Assembly (NCBI GenBank): GCA_024626585.2
Contig: JANKJI020000004.1
Coordinates: 168,320,946-168,341,287 of the forward strand
Length of the DNA: 20,342 nucleotides
Source of the DNA: Ginkgo biloba
Taxonomy: Eukaryota > Plantae > Ginkgophyta
Reading direction: 5' to 3'
Shown here: positions 1-9,869 of the stretch, in pieces
Layout of the letters: each line of letters begins with the position of its first letter
Position numbering within the stretch: position 1 is the stretch's first letter
Notes under the pieces: generated by a model
Told to the model about the DNA's origin: nothing
Seen by the model: the letters and a program-made list of their open reading frames with translations, nothing else
Databases searched by the model: none
Position numbers and translations under genes: made by a program

Positions 1-860
1 AAGAATATTTAGGGGAGAGGAATGCGGATGCACTATTATGCTACTAGAATTTTATTGTGAATATGTCTCACTTGCAAGTATCTTCTAGCTAATTCACACT
101 ATCTTATAGCAATTGGAGTTGTCTCAAAATATATCTTATCCTCTTGTTGTTATCAACAGGGATTCTCTTAATCCCAACATAGCTTCATTCATCTTGCTAG
201 TCCTATATTCAATTTTCTCTTATGTTACACTACCTTTCCAAATTTCTCATCAATTGTTGTAATTTTCCACATAAACTTTTGCTACAATTTCCTTCAATCA
301 TTAGTTGTTGTTGCTACTTTAGAGTATTACTTTAGAGATTTGGTAAATCATCATTTAACAAAGGAGCTAGGCCCCTTTTTCCAATTTTATGTGTCTCATT
401 GATAGTGAATACTTGAATGTTGTTTGCTTGCATGTCTATATTCTCAATTGGAACACATTTTAAGAAAACAATCTCCTAATATTTGCATTATTATAAAACA
501 ATTCTAATTTTTATTACATAGGAACAACAAATAGAGATTATAACTTTAGTTTGTCATCGAAAATAGAAAGCTTGCGTATTATTTCTTCACGTAGAAATCA
601 AGTTGTGGTTTCGAATATATGCTTGCTATCTTCTCTATATTCTTCTACAAGAATTGAGTTATTCTCTAAATTAAGGACTGGAATATATTCTCTATTTCGC
701 TCCTCTTCCATCTTGAAGATTAATTTTCTTAAAAGTAGCCTGGAAAGGGCATGTAGTTGCACAAAAACATTCCACATAGGTGCATTACACTTGTTAGAGA
801 TTTCTTATCCCACCATAACCATGTAGCATAATTCGATTAATGGATTCTTCTTCATTTATC
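1..860 (-). pseudogene. Heavily decayed Ty3/gypsy (Tat/Ogre-like) pol fragment, RNase H-integrase junction / integrase zinc-finger region
   Basis: Manual minus-strand translation across frameshifts gives ...RIMLHGY(W)W..., ...EIVFLKCVPIENI..., ...VT*EKIEY..KMNEA..., ...HPHSSP*IF. These resemble the Tat-type motifs ILRxGYxW, LLRCV, MHEGxCG and LHPIxSPWPF. Many stops and indels. Confidence 0.4.
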
Positions 861-1345
861 ACATGTATAAAATGAATTTTCAAATATGAAGTAATATTGT
901 TAATAAATACATAAGGCCTAAATTAATCATTATTTTGGCTCTTGTTGAAACAAAGATAAGCCAAGTCTCATTACATTTCAAAGCATTGCTTTGCAAATTC
1001 CTTCTTTTTACTTCACAAGTTCATTTTCAAATTTGAGTACATTCTAAAACTCATTATACAAATCACATTTTTCTCTTGTTTTATGGTACATTTTCATTTG
1101 CATCTTGGGTTCAAAGGGAAAAAAAAACTAAAAAGCTAGAGTAATTGCACTTGTTATTTACTCATTTCTTTTTTGTTATAATTGTCTTTTGCTTGATCAC
1201 ACATGCGATTTACACAATTCATACTCCCTTAAGGTAGCTTATGGCTTCGTGTCTAAGCATCTCCATAACGAAAGGGATCACGATCATCCTTTTTTACCAC
1301 TTGTGGAGGGGAATTGGCTTAGGCTAAGTCACAAACCTACATTTT

Positions 1346-1363
1346 TGGTGACTCAAGTAGGGA
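1346..1363 (+). promoter_or_regulatory. Degenerate primer-binding site (tRNA-Arg-like) after a 5' LTR end (...AACCTACA at 1341)
   Basis: The sequence reads ...AAACCTACA TTTT TGGTGACTCAAGTAGGGA. It resembles the TGGCGACTCC(A/G)CTGGGGA PBS of Ogre/Tat elements with about 4 mismatches. The LTR start was not identified. Confidence 0.5.
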
Positions 1364-1633
1364 GCAAGTTTTCTCTCTAGCTTAATTTACGATTCCTTTT
1401 TTATTCCATTAGGTAAGTCCTAACAATCTTTGAGTCAATTCCATCCTCAATATTGATAAGAACTATCCAATGGGCTAAGAACCTCTACGATTACATAATA
1501 AAGCCCTTATACACCTCCTTGTAGCCCTCAAATTTCATCATCGATTTAGAGGAGGACCATACCTTCACCTCAGTTCTTTGATCCTCATTATTTCCAACCC
1601 TTAAACACTTACCAATTGAGGTATATATAAGGG

Positions 1634-2215
1634 TTGCCACTTGAACACACTAGTTTGGAAAGAGGAAGAATGAGAAGACACTCATTATCGGCTAGCCCTC
1701 ACCATATGAATAGCGCATTCACTTCTATGAATAAATTTTCACTTACACATAGAACATCACCAAATACACCTCATATGTCCACAAATGAGTATGACATGGA
1801 TGCTCCTTATATTGAAGACTTTATTTATAAGAGAAGTACACGCCATCCTAATGTTATTACACTTGAAATTAACACATCAACCCCAAGAAGGGTTCACATC
1901 ACTCAACATGACACCTACTTGCCACATGTTCATGACACCACTCAACCCACACATCCCTCTTCACAAGGTTTAGTTAGCACACATGACCAACTAGTAACCC
2001 CTTCTTAAGGGGTAGAGGTTGAATAATCTAATATGACTTATCTGTTTGACATATGGACACCAAATTCGAGTTACCCATATGACCAAAGGCAAATTCCATC
2101 ACTCTATACACCCTTACAAACTTATGGAATACATGTCAACTACAATATACAAGACTTAATCCAACACCTACAACACATGACGCTTGGAAACACATCCCAA
2201 ACTTTTAGAGGTATG
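1634..2215 (+). pseudogene. Probable decayed gag N-terminal region downstream of the PBS, truncated at 2216
   Basis: Successive P/T/H/Q-rich short frames (1634-2008, 2033-2221) start ~270 nt after the PBS. The call is positional only; no diagnostic motif. Confidence 0.3.
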
Positions 2216-2551
2216 TGTTGATGCCAATTTTTGCTCACTCAGCCATGGCCAAATGGTGCCAAGTCTCCCATTTTGGTTCGTAGCAATTTGCAGCTAAGTT
2301 AAAGATGCCTTTGGGGCAGCTCTTCTAATTCCTCATGAGATGTAGCAAGTTGTTGCACTATTTGATAAAGTTATAGGGGTATTTTGAAGGTCTCCATATA
2401 TAGAGGGGGCTACAAAACTCTTTCCCTGTTCCCCATTTTCATTTCTTTCAAAATTTTCTCCAAGTGTAAAAGGCCAAAATGACCATGAGGGGCTCATCCC
2501 CTATGATGGTGCCATATGACACCATCGCAAGGCCTTTATAACTCACGATAA
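2216..2551 (+). mobile_element. LTR-like 5' end, copy 1 (TGTTGATGCC...), truncated by a gap
   Basis: Starts with TGTTG. 2216-2460 aligns by eye with 2700-2950 (ATGGYRCCRAGTCTCCC, CCTTTG, ATAGGG(G)TATT, AGGGGG, CTCTTTCCCT). It contains one hairpin-A motif at 2498-2532. Confidence 0.5.
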
Positions 2552-2699
2552 NNNNNNNNNNNNNNNNNNNNNNNNNNNNNNNNNNNNNNNNNNNNNNNNN
2601 NNNNNNNNNNNNNNNNNNNNNNNNNNNNNNNNNNNNNNNNNNNNNNNNNNNCCCTTAAAATCCCTAATTTTAGAATGTTTTACGCAGTTTCTTCAAAAT

Positions 2700-4538
2700 T
2701 ATTGACTACAAATTTTGCACATTCGTGCATTGCTAGATGGCACCGAGTCTCCCTCCTTGATTCATAGTAGTTTTTCACCTGATATGAAAGGTCCTTTGAG
2801 GAGACTCTTTGGATTTATCATGGGTTCTAGGAGTGTGCCACATTGTTAAAGGAGGTCATAGGGTATTGTTGGGTATTATCGTGCATAAAGGGGGTCATCG
2901 AGCTCTTTCCCTATGCCCTACACCTTTTATTATCTCTCTTAAATAATTTTACTAAGTATAAAAATAGGGTGGGGAGGTCCTCAAACCTCCATAAAGACTG
3001 AGTTCATGATATCCCTCCATGTGGTGGGATCTTAAGGCCTCACTCCTTACAGGAGGCAAAATCCTTTGCCAAAAAATGTATGAAATGGCCCTAAGGGCTC
3101 GTCCCCTGTAATGGTACCATCGTGGGGCCCCCACAGCCTATGAAAAAGTGAAAAGGGGAGTGTGGAGGCCCCAAACCTCCAAAAGGACCAAGTCCCCAAT
3201 ATCTTACCATGTGGTAGGATCTTGGGGCCACGCTCCTCACAGGAGGCGAGGACCTCTGCCAAAAATTACAAAATAGCCCTAGGGGCTCAATCCCCATAAT
3301 GGCACCATGCGGAACCATCATGGATCCCCTTAAGCCTTGGCTCAAATAAATAAATTTGTGGGGAGCTTGGCCCCTATGATGATGCCATGTAGCACCATCG
3401 TGGGGCCCCTAGGGCTCGGGCCTAAATTAACTTCTAAAAGGAGGCCCCTCCCCCTCATAAGGAGTGAGTTCCTAAGATCCTATCATGTAGTGGGATCTAA
3501 GGGTCTCATCCCCTTATGAGGGCAAGGTCCCTCCCAACTGTAGTAAAAAGAAGTAATGGGGGATCGTCCCCTATGATGGTGCCATATAGCGCCATCATAG
3601 GGCCCCCATAATCCAATCCCAAATGGAAGAGGAAGGGGAGGCCCCTCCCCCTCATGAGGAGTGGGCTCCTAAGACCCTACCATATGGAAGGATCTTAGGG
3701 CCCTACCCCTCATGATGGCGAGGGTCCTCCCAAATATATTTATCAAGCCATGGGGGGGTTATCCCCTGCGATGGCGCCATGCGGTGCCATCGTAGCCCCC
3801 CCATAGCCTAGGCCCTAAGTGGAAGGGGAAGGGGGAGGGCCCTCCCCTACAGGGAGCAAGCTCCTGAGATCTCAGGGCCCCACTCCTCATAGGGAGGAGG
3901 GACCTCCCATGTGGAAAATAAAATAAATGCAGGGGCTTAGCCCCCATGATGGTGCCACGCGGTGTTATCGCGGGGTCCCCTCATCCTATAGCAAGAGAAG
4001 AAAGAAATTGGGGCCTTGTGGGCCCAATTCAAAAAATAAATTTGAAAGGGGCGCACGACGACGCCACACGACACCATCACATAGCCCCTCCCCATGGCCC
4101 CTTGTGCATAGTTCAAAGAAGTAAAGAAGAAGACCCTTATGAAGACCAAGCTCACAAAAATCCTGATGCATTAACTCAAAGGACTGACATAACTTAAAGT
4201 AGATGCAGAGATATTTTCTACACATTCAAGGAGTCATTATGGCAATGTGGTTCCACCTGCACCTCATCAATGCACTCTAAAAGGTGGTGGAAGGCAAAGG
4301 AGATATTTTTTTATCTTAGAAGGGGAGAGAAAAGGGGAGGAGGGAGATTTTTTCTTTTCTTGAATCCATCATCGGATAAAAGAGGAAGGAGGACCTATTC
4401 TATTATCATTTTCTTGGTTTTTGTTCATTTGAGCACATATATTTTTCTTCCGTTCTTGGAGTGAAGAGTGGGTGAATTTTGTAACTACTGTGAATGAGGC
4501 CAAGCGCCTCAAGGATGCTTTATAACTTCCCTTTTATA
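2700..4538 (+). mobile_element. LTR-like sequence, copy 2, containing the palindrome array
   Basis: Starts TATTGAC (a decayed TGTTGAY) and is homologous to 2216-2460. It is followed by the GC-rich array and non-coding sequence up to the gap. Confidence 0.45.
2973..4088. repeat. Tandem array of ~190-197-bp units made of two alternating palindromes (A ~35 bp, B ~94 bp)
   Basis: A copies start at 3103, 3292, 3371, 3568, 3763, 3941 and ~4048 (plus 2498); inferred consensus CCCCGCGATGGCGCC-ACGC-GGCGCCATCGCGGGG. B copies start at 2973, 3164, 3440, 3637 and 3834 (GGAGG...CCTAAGATCCTACCAT/RTGGTAGGATCTTAGG...CCTCC). Confidence 0.9.
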
Positions 4539-4638
4539 NNNNNNNNNNNNNNNNNNNNNNNNNNNNNNNNNNNNNNNNNNNNNNNNNNNNNNNNNNNNNN
4601 NNNNNNNNNNNNNNNNNNNNNNNNNNNNNNNNNNNNNN

Positions 4639-5130
4639 ATTATTCTAGAGTTTCTTGGGATTTCCATGGAATATTCTAAACCAAGAGGAGAAAGGATTAC
4701 TAGTTCCATTCTATTACCCTAGAGTATGGAAAGAAAAATATAAAGGTTATTTTTTGCACATCAATGAAAAATTTGTGTATAAATTCTTTTCCATCCTAGA
4801 GAATTATGAAACTTTGAGAGTTAGTTTCACTTCCAAGGATGAATTGACAAGTATTGGGGATTAGTTTTTGGAGAAATACTACACATACATTTGTCTGTAT
4901 GGTTTTGAAGGCCATCCTTATCGACTTCCTAAGTTTCCAAGAGAATAGAATTTATTAGCAAAGGTATGAAGACAAATATATGCCATTTACTATAAGTGTC
5001 TCAGAAATGGAAAAAGTCATATTTTAATTCTTGTGTATTTTAAATAGGATGTAGACAACAAGAGAGACATGACTCACTTCACTTCTCATACATTCTAAGG
5101 TAATTATGGCCCACATATTGACTTTACATT
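4639..5130 (+). pseudogene. Decayed accessory (non gag-pol) ORF of a plant LTR retrotransposon, function unknown
   Basis: Reading through stops gives VPFYYPRVWKEKYKGYFLHINEKFVYKFFSIL...IGD*FLEKYYTYICLYGFEGHPYRLPKFPRE*NLLAKV*RQI. This matches a GDWF-x5-(T/Y)-x-I-x-x-YG-x4-PY-x-LP-K motif that I recall from gymnosperm repeat-derived hypothetical proteins. TAG at 4862 sits at the W position. Confidence 0.6.
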
Positions 5131-5650
5131 CTTATGGGCTATAGGGAATTGGATGAAAAATGCATATAAAATGTATATGTGTGAGAGACTTTTAGGGAAA
5201 TTTATATAGATGCACTTTTCCCTACCATGCAAGAAAATGCAGTGGGATTAGAGAGTCCCCTATAAGTTCTATATGAAGTTATAAGTTAAGGTCTTTATAT
5301 AAAGACTACTTAGATAGATTAGACCTTCATGTTTGAATTTAGGCTCTAAACCTTATGCCATCCCATGCAAGCATGTCAAGGAATTAAATTTTGTAACATA
5401 ATTTTATTTTTCTTTTGAAATTTTATCAATGATGGGTGATAATAATAATGTTTTCTATGCATAAATTTAAAAAATATTACATTAAAGGGAGACTCATGAA
5501 GATTATCGTCATCTTTTTTATTTTATTTCTAATGCAAGAAAAATTAAAAAGGATTTATGGTAATGTATAGTTCTCATCCCAAGTTATGGGTTAATGGATC
5601 ATTTTTATATCCAAGATACGCAAAGAAGTAGTGGTCTTCCACCCATATAA

Positions 5651-6055
5651 GATGAGAGTAAGAGTGTTGTCGTATTTCACCTCATGTGGGTGTCTATATA
5701 GGCTTGAGGGAAAATGCATCTAAGTGTAAGCCAAGTGATGGAATTGACTATATCCACAAAATGAGGCATATATCCCATTATAAAACTGCATTGATTATGG
5801 TGGGAAAAATCCTTGTAGCTAATGGATAAAAAAAGGATATTTGCAATACATATGTTTGATCCAAATTGATAGCATTTGTCTAATTAAGATAATTTGAATG
5901 AATTATGATTAATAAATAAAAGAAGAAAGAGATCGACATACTCCATTAATAGTTCTCTAAAAATGTCACAAATAATGTGCCTTATAAGTTGATATTTGAT
6001 GAATTTGATATGCATTTTATGTAAATAATATCAATATCTAATGAGAGTTTTTTTT
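5651..6055 (+). mobile_element. Purine-rich tract plus probable 3' LTR start (TGTTGTCGT at 5665)
   Basis: GATGAGAGTAAGAG is immediately followed by TGTTGTCGTATTTCAC. The first 9 nt are the exact reverse complement of the LTR end ACGACAACA at 11381-11389. Confidence 0.4.
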
Positions 6056-6434
6056 NNNNNNNNNNNNNNNNNNNNNNNNNNNNNNNNNNNNNNNNNNNNN
6101 NNNNNNNNNNNNNNNNNNNNNNNNNNNNNNNNNNNNNNNNNNNNNNNNNNNNNNNATGATATAGTTACCATATCGAAGAGGATTAGTATTCCTCTCCTCC
6201 TCTTATACCTACTCCTTTGGTACAAAAATCTAAGATTTATATTTCACTTAAAAAAATTGATCTTCTCTATGATGATCATTAGACTCCTTATACCTATGTT
6301 GGGACTTATGAGAGGCCTTGTGAACTTGTCTATGTTCCCTATAAATGTGATCAATGAAGTGTGTATATTATATGATGAATATATAGAAGGTANNNNNNNN
6401 NNCTTGGCTAATAACCCCAAGGAGAGATCCTAAT

Positions 6435-7155
6435 GGAGAAATGAATGGTGTTACTATAGCTATGAAATTAATCTAGATTAATTTCATAGCAATTAGCCTC
6501 ATTGTATTATATCTTACCATAATCCCCATATTTATTACACCTACTAAAACCTGTGATGTGGCTGGGTGTGATATTTGCCTTCTTCTTAGTATGGCCCTAA
6601 AACCCTAATCTTTTATTAATGAAATTGAATGTGATGTAGTTCCATTAGAGGTATGTGAAGTCATTTTTGGGAGCCCGTATTTCTTTTATCAGGATGCATA
6701 ATTTTGAAGGAGATGAAACCAATATTAGCTGGTTAAAGGAGTGCATGCATATTTAATCAAGTCTGAGGGAAACCTAGATTTAATTTCCCTCATCATTATG
6801 AGACAATACAAGAGGCTTATGAATGCCTCTCGAATGGTTATCTTATTGACATTAAGACCCACTAAGGTCCCCTTACAAAAAGAAAATGGTATAATTTTAG
6901 TTTAAAATCTAGCACAACAGAGATAGCTTGAAGGCATACTTTATAAGTATAAAAGTTTCTTCAAATAATTTAAGGAAATTCCTCCTAAGATATCTATTAA
7001 GTGTGGTATTGAATTTCAGGAAGGAGTCACCTTGTTGAATTCTCCTCTCTTAGGATTTCTATCCTGTAGAATGAAGAAATTAAGAAGAAACTCCAAGAAT
7101 TTCTTGATAAAGGGAATGTTAAGCCCATCACTTCATCCTATGGAACATCCATAGT
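6435..7155 (+). pseudogene. Ty3/gypsy pol remnant: aspartic protease and N-terminus of reverse transcriptase (CRM-like)
   Basis: From 6621: EIECDVVPLEVCEVIFGSPYFFYQDA*F*RR*NQY*LVKG. Then ISLIIMRQYKRLMNASRMVILLTLRP, then EIPPKISIKCGIEF...NEEIKKKLQEFLDKGNVKPITSSYGTSIV, matching the pre-RT consensus LPPxR...EIKKQxQELLDKGxIRPSxSPxGSPIV. Confidence 0.88.
6459..6490. repeat. Perfect 32-bp palindrome GCTATGAAATTAATCT|AGATTAATTTCATAGC
   Basis: Read directly: 16-bp arms, no spacer, no mismatch. Confidence 0.97.
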
Positions 7156-7255
7156 NNNNNNNNNNNNNNNNNNNNNNNNNNNNNNNNNNNNNNNNNNNNN
7201 NNNNNNNNNNNNNNNNNNNNNNNNNNNNNNNNNNNNNNNNNNNNNNNNNNNNNNN

Positions 7256-7579
7256 TGTCTCATATGAGTTTACATCATTATGGAAAATAACTCCCTATGC
7301 ATATTACTTCCAATACTTGAAAAAATTATTCCAGTAAGTACATGATATAATGATGATAAAAATATAGTCAAATATTGTTAAGAGTCTCTATAAATCAATA
7401 TGGATGATGAGGTGTTCAATTAATAAATTTAGAAGAAAAAAAATATGACCTTAGGGAACTTTCTACCCAATAAAGATGAAGTGTCAGGAAATTGCTACCT
7501 ATGAATGCCTCTAAGAAGCACCTACTTACTGGGAGCAATATTTCTCCCAAAACTTGAATTTAAAAATTTGGAGATGGAA
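7256..7579 (+). pseudogene. Decayed chromovirus integrase C-terminus with chromodomain remnant and degenerate PPT
   Basis: YEFTSLWKITPYAYYFQYL resembles the GPF..KI...AY.L.LP motif. KMKCQEIATYECL*EA (7473-7520) has chromodomain W-x9-WE spacing, with TGG changed to TGT and TAA. GGAGATGGAA (7570-7579) precedes TGATG. Confidence 0.45.
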
Positions 7580-8298
7580 TGATGATTCAATGAGAATAAG
7601 GATCGCCCACATATACTCCAAATTCTTATGAATTATATCTACATTATTCTAGGTCAATTGGGGGTGTTTCTTAGGTCCCAACGTGTACTTTAATGTTAAT
7701 AACTAAAGCATATAATATATATATCCTCTAAAAGTATATTTTAAGCTACATTAGGGATCTTATAAAATTAACTTGAGTGATCCTTGGTTCATCTTGTGTG
7801 TACTCTTAGTTATGTCTTGGGGATATAATAGAGTCATCTAGAGTATTTTATGTTCATAAAATTTTTGAGGGAAATTAGGTAATAATTTTTTTGCTCATAA
7901 AGTATTTATACACATATAATAAGATAAAATTATAATTATACCTAAATTCCCATAATGGATATAATATGACTTATAATCAATACTAGATAATAATTTAATT
8001 GAGGCTATTTACATATGTCATGTATGTAGTCTTCCTACACATTTAATCCAATTTCTAACATACCTAATTATAGGGTTATGAGACTAATTAGTATTTAATA
8101 TTTAATTGTAATTAATGTAGAGTTGCAAGGAAAAGATGTGACTTAATAAGAAACCCTAGGATGTAGGTCCATATAATTCCATACTCTATGGTTATATAGT
8201 ATTGTATCCAATTCATATATTCAATTTAGTATATTTAGTTCATTTAATATCTCTTTCTATTAGCATTAACCATAAAGTTTCATGTTAGGGTTACTCCA
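7580..8298 (+). mobile_element. LTR sequence ending ...GGGTTACTCCA just before a PBS
   Basis: AT-rich non-coding stretch with TG at 7580 after a PPT-like tract and CA at 8297-8298, 2 nt before the PBS. The right end is firm; the left end is tentative. Confidence 0.55.
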
Positions 8299-8300
8299 AG

Positions 8301-8312
8301 TGGTATCAGAGC
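8301..8312 (+). promoter_or_regulatory. Primer-binding site complementary to tRNA-iMet
   Basis: Exact TGGTATCAGAGC, the canonical plant LTR-retrotransposon iMet PBS, preceded by CA+AG. Confidence 0.92.
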
Positions 8313-8448
8313 AACAATAATCTTATGGAAAAATATAAAAGTTAAAAANNNNNNNNNNNNNNNNNNNNNNNNNNNNNNNNNNNNNNNNNNNNNNNNNNNN
8401 NNNNNNNNNNNNNNNNNNNNNNNNNNNNNNNNNNNNNNNNNNNNNNNN

Positions 8449-9015
8449 ACAAAAATAGAAAATAAATTATTGAACACATTCGATAAGTACATAAACAAAT
8501 ACAATAAAATTTGTTAGAAAGTTAGTAAAATTACAAGGACTAACATGACAAGCATAGAATTGATCATCAATTCTAAGTGGGGGACATGTCATGGTTGCAT
8601 CTTCCCAACCAAAGTTTTCAAAGCAAAATCCTAAGGATAAAACTAATCTGGTATGATTCATTTTCTATTTTAGAGAAAACAAGAGAAAATTCTTTTAAAC
8701 CTGACCTATCTCCATATAAGGGAATATACTAAATTTTAATGTTGATAGATTGAATCTCTATGAACATATATGTTGGATGGAGAGGAAGAAGAAGACAAAG
8801 TTCTAATACCTCCACAATATTCTAAATGATAAGAGGCTCTTGAAGAGGATACCATATTATAAGGAAGAGAAAGAGAATCTAAGCAAGGTGTTGTCAAGAT
8901 ATATAAAGTTGGTAAGAATAGGTAGCTACCTCAAGAAAAAAAATGTTTCACAATGAAGAAGATCTAAAAAGAACTTCTAGAGGTCATTAAACAAATCTTG
9001 AACATGAACATTCTT
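8449..9015 (+). pseudogene. Ty3/gypsy (CRM-like) integrase C-terminal region (GPY/F, SH3-like)
   Basis: IIEHIR*VHKQIQ*NLLES**NYKD*HDKHRIDHQF*VGDMSWLHL...IKLIWYDSFSILEKTRENSFKPDLSPYKGIY*..NVDRLNLYE...EEDTIL. This matches the consensus YKxxHDKHRxxxxFxVGDxVWLHL...KLKPIRYGPFxILEKIGxNAFxLDLP...NVxxLKLYE. Confidence 0.9.
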
Positions 9016-9028
9016 AAAGGGGGGAAAG
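9016..9028 (+). promoter_or_regulatory. Polypurine tract preceding a 3' LTR (LTR from ~9031)
   Basis: AAAGGGGGGAAAG at the end of the integrase remnant, followed by TC-TAATTCGAG (decayed TG start). Confidence 0.75.
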
Positions 9029-9030
9029 TC

Positions 9031-9869
9031 TAATTCGAGTTAAATATAAGAAATCAACAAAAGTTAGCTCCATTTTTCTAGTAACAAAAGAAGGTGGATA
9101 ATAGAAAATCTAGCCATTAACATTTTTTAATAAAACCTAATTGTTATAGGTAATAGTGGTCGAATACAATATTTATTTTGTTTACTATGGTCCACCCAAA
9201 GTCTTAGGGTGGATCCTCTATTGAGGTGTAGTGCTAGCCCTAGTAGGGTGCAAGCTTCTATGCCTACATAGACTATATAACCTATTTTCAATATGGAGGA
9301 CTAAGTTCTTATGAGTTTCCCTCAAAAAAATAATTTAGGCGTTGAAAGTTGTCTTAAGATTATTAGAGCCCAAAAATGGTCCCCATAAAGGAAACATAAA
9401 GTTTGATAAACGAGTCAACCTTAATATCAAGTCTGACAAAGAAAAGTTTTAGCTATCAATTTTATGAATAAGTGTTGCATAAAAGCTTATGGAAAATAAT
9501 GTATTAATGAACTTGATCCCAACACATTGTTGAAGACAATATAGATCCCGATATAGAGGAAATAGAATCTAGTGAAGGGTTACAAAGTAGCCAGCTCAAG
9601 AAAGTTGAACAAGCATATGCTTAATTGAAAGTTGATCAAATAGTTTAGATCAAGGTGGAATAAATAAGAGACTTTGGAGTTGAAACTTAATGTCAGATCC
9701 AAAATTGATCCCAACAAAGCCATCAAGAAGATTTTTCAAGCCTTTCAAAGAAAACTTGTGACTAGTAGTGGGAGCTCAACTTCACTCGATTTAACCAATT
9801 GCAAATTATACCATGTACCAATAAGCTTCTATATCTAGAATCTGAATTAAATAGGGATTTAAGATTGTA
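9031..9869 (+). mobile_element. Probable 3' LTR (right end undefined)
   Basis: Follows integrase and PPT, is non-coding, and has a TATA-like CTATATAA near 9273. Confidence 0.5.

Noticed and set aside
551-826. 91-aa plus-strand ORF
   Set aside because: Antisense shadow of the purine-rich decayed minus-strand frame.
2973-4088. CRISPR-like appearance (palindromic repeats at intervals)
   Set aside because: The intervening sequences are themselves repeats rather than unique spacers, the repeats are degenerate, there are no cas genes, and the context is eukaryotic.
2952-4225. Cluster of short overlapping ORFs on both strands
   Set aside because: By-product of the GC-rich palindromic array; no coherent protein.
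8555-8575. 9-bp inverted repeat TAGAATTGA-TCA-TCAATTCTA
   Set aside because: Both arms fit the integrase consensus (HRIDHQF), so it is plausibly chance in AT-rich DNA.
6435-9869. Protease-RT and integrase-LTR remnants as one continuous element
   Set aside because: Same lineage and orientation, but separated by two unsized gaps and an unrelated contig; linkage cannot be shown.
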